DNA of 64,000 bases from Ranitomeya imitator (taxonomy: Eukaryota): the NCBI RefSeq assembly GCF_032444005.1, contig NC_091289.1, positions 14,446,001 to 14,510,000 on the forward strand. The letters run 5' to 3'. The position numbers and the translations under genes were made by a program. Of this stretch, positions 63,871 to 64,000 are shown piece by piece; position 1 is the stretch's first letter; each line of letters starts with the position of its first letter. The notes beneath the pieces are model-generated. The model had not been told where the DNA came from, searched no databases, and saw only the letters and a list, made by a program, of their open reading frames with translations.

Positions 63871-64000
63871 CATATGCTGGGTTTAGGTACACCGACAGAC
63901 TCCGCAGACAGCACATTACAATAAGGTGGGGTCAGATCTGCACGGGGTCACACAATCTGATGAAGTCGCAGGTCTTTCCCCTCCATTGAAGTTAATTTTA

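Noticed and set aside
61789-64000. miR-191/miR-425 and DALRD3 first coding exon expected from human synteny
   Set aside because: I saw no match to either mature miRNA or a plausible first exon; they probably lie beyond the window end.

Overview
Eukaryotic (vertebrate) genomic DNA, most likely from a frog; this is inferred from the repeat content (V-SINE, T2/Kolobok and Harbinger MITEs, DIRS and Penelope remnants). I reconstructed four spliced genes by hand using GT-AG sites and phase continuity. (1) A complete SLC26A6-like anion exchanger (+, 21 coding exons, 755 aa, ends DTRL). (2) A complete WDR6 (+, 6 coding exons, 1052 aa). (3) An unidentified 3-exon gene of about 280 aa between WDR6 and DALRD3 (+). 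(4) DALRD3 (-, 12 exons in the window; first coding exon lies beyond the window end). Introns and intergenic DNA hold large minisatellites, decayed Tc1/mariner elements, MITEs, a non-autonomous Helitron and SINEs. There are also several hairpin insertions with 14-17 bp target-site duplications (TSDs), one with a hammerhead ribozyme at its apex. A nearly intact 5.4-kb DIRS1-type tyrosine-recombinase retrotransposon sits inside a Tc1 fragment at a site sharing 9 nt with the element's own circle junction. Most long ORFs in the supplied track are tandem-repeat artefacts.
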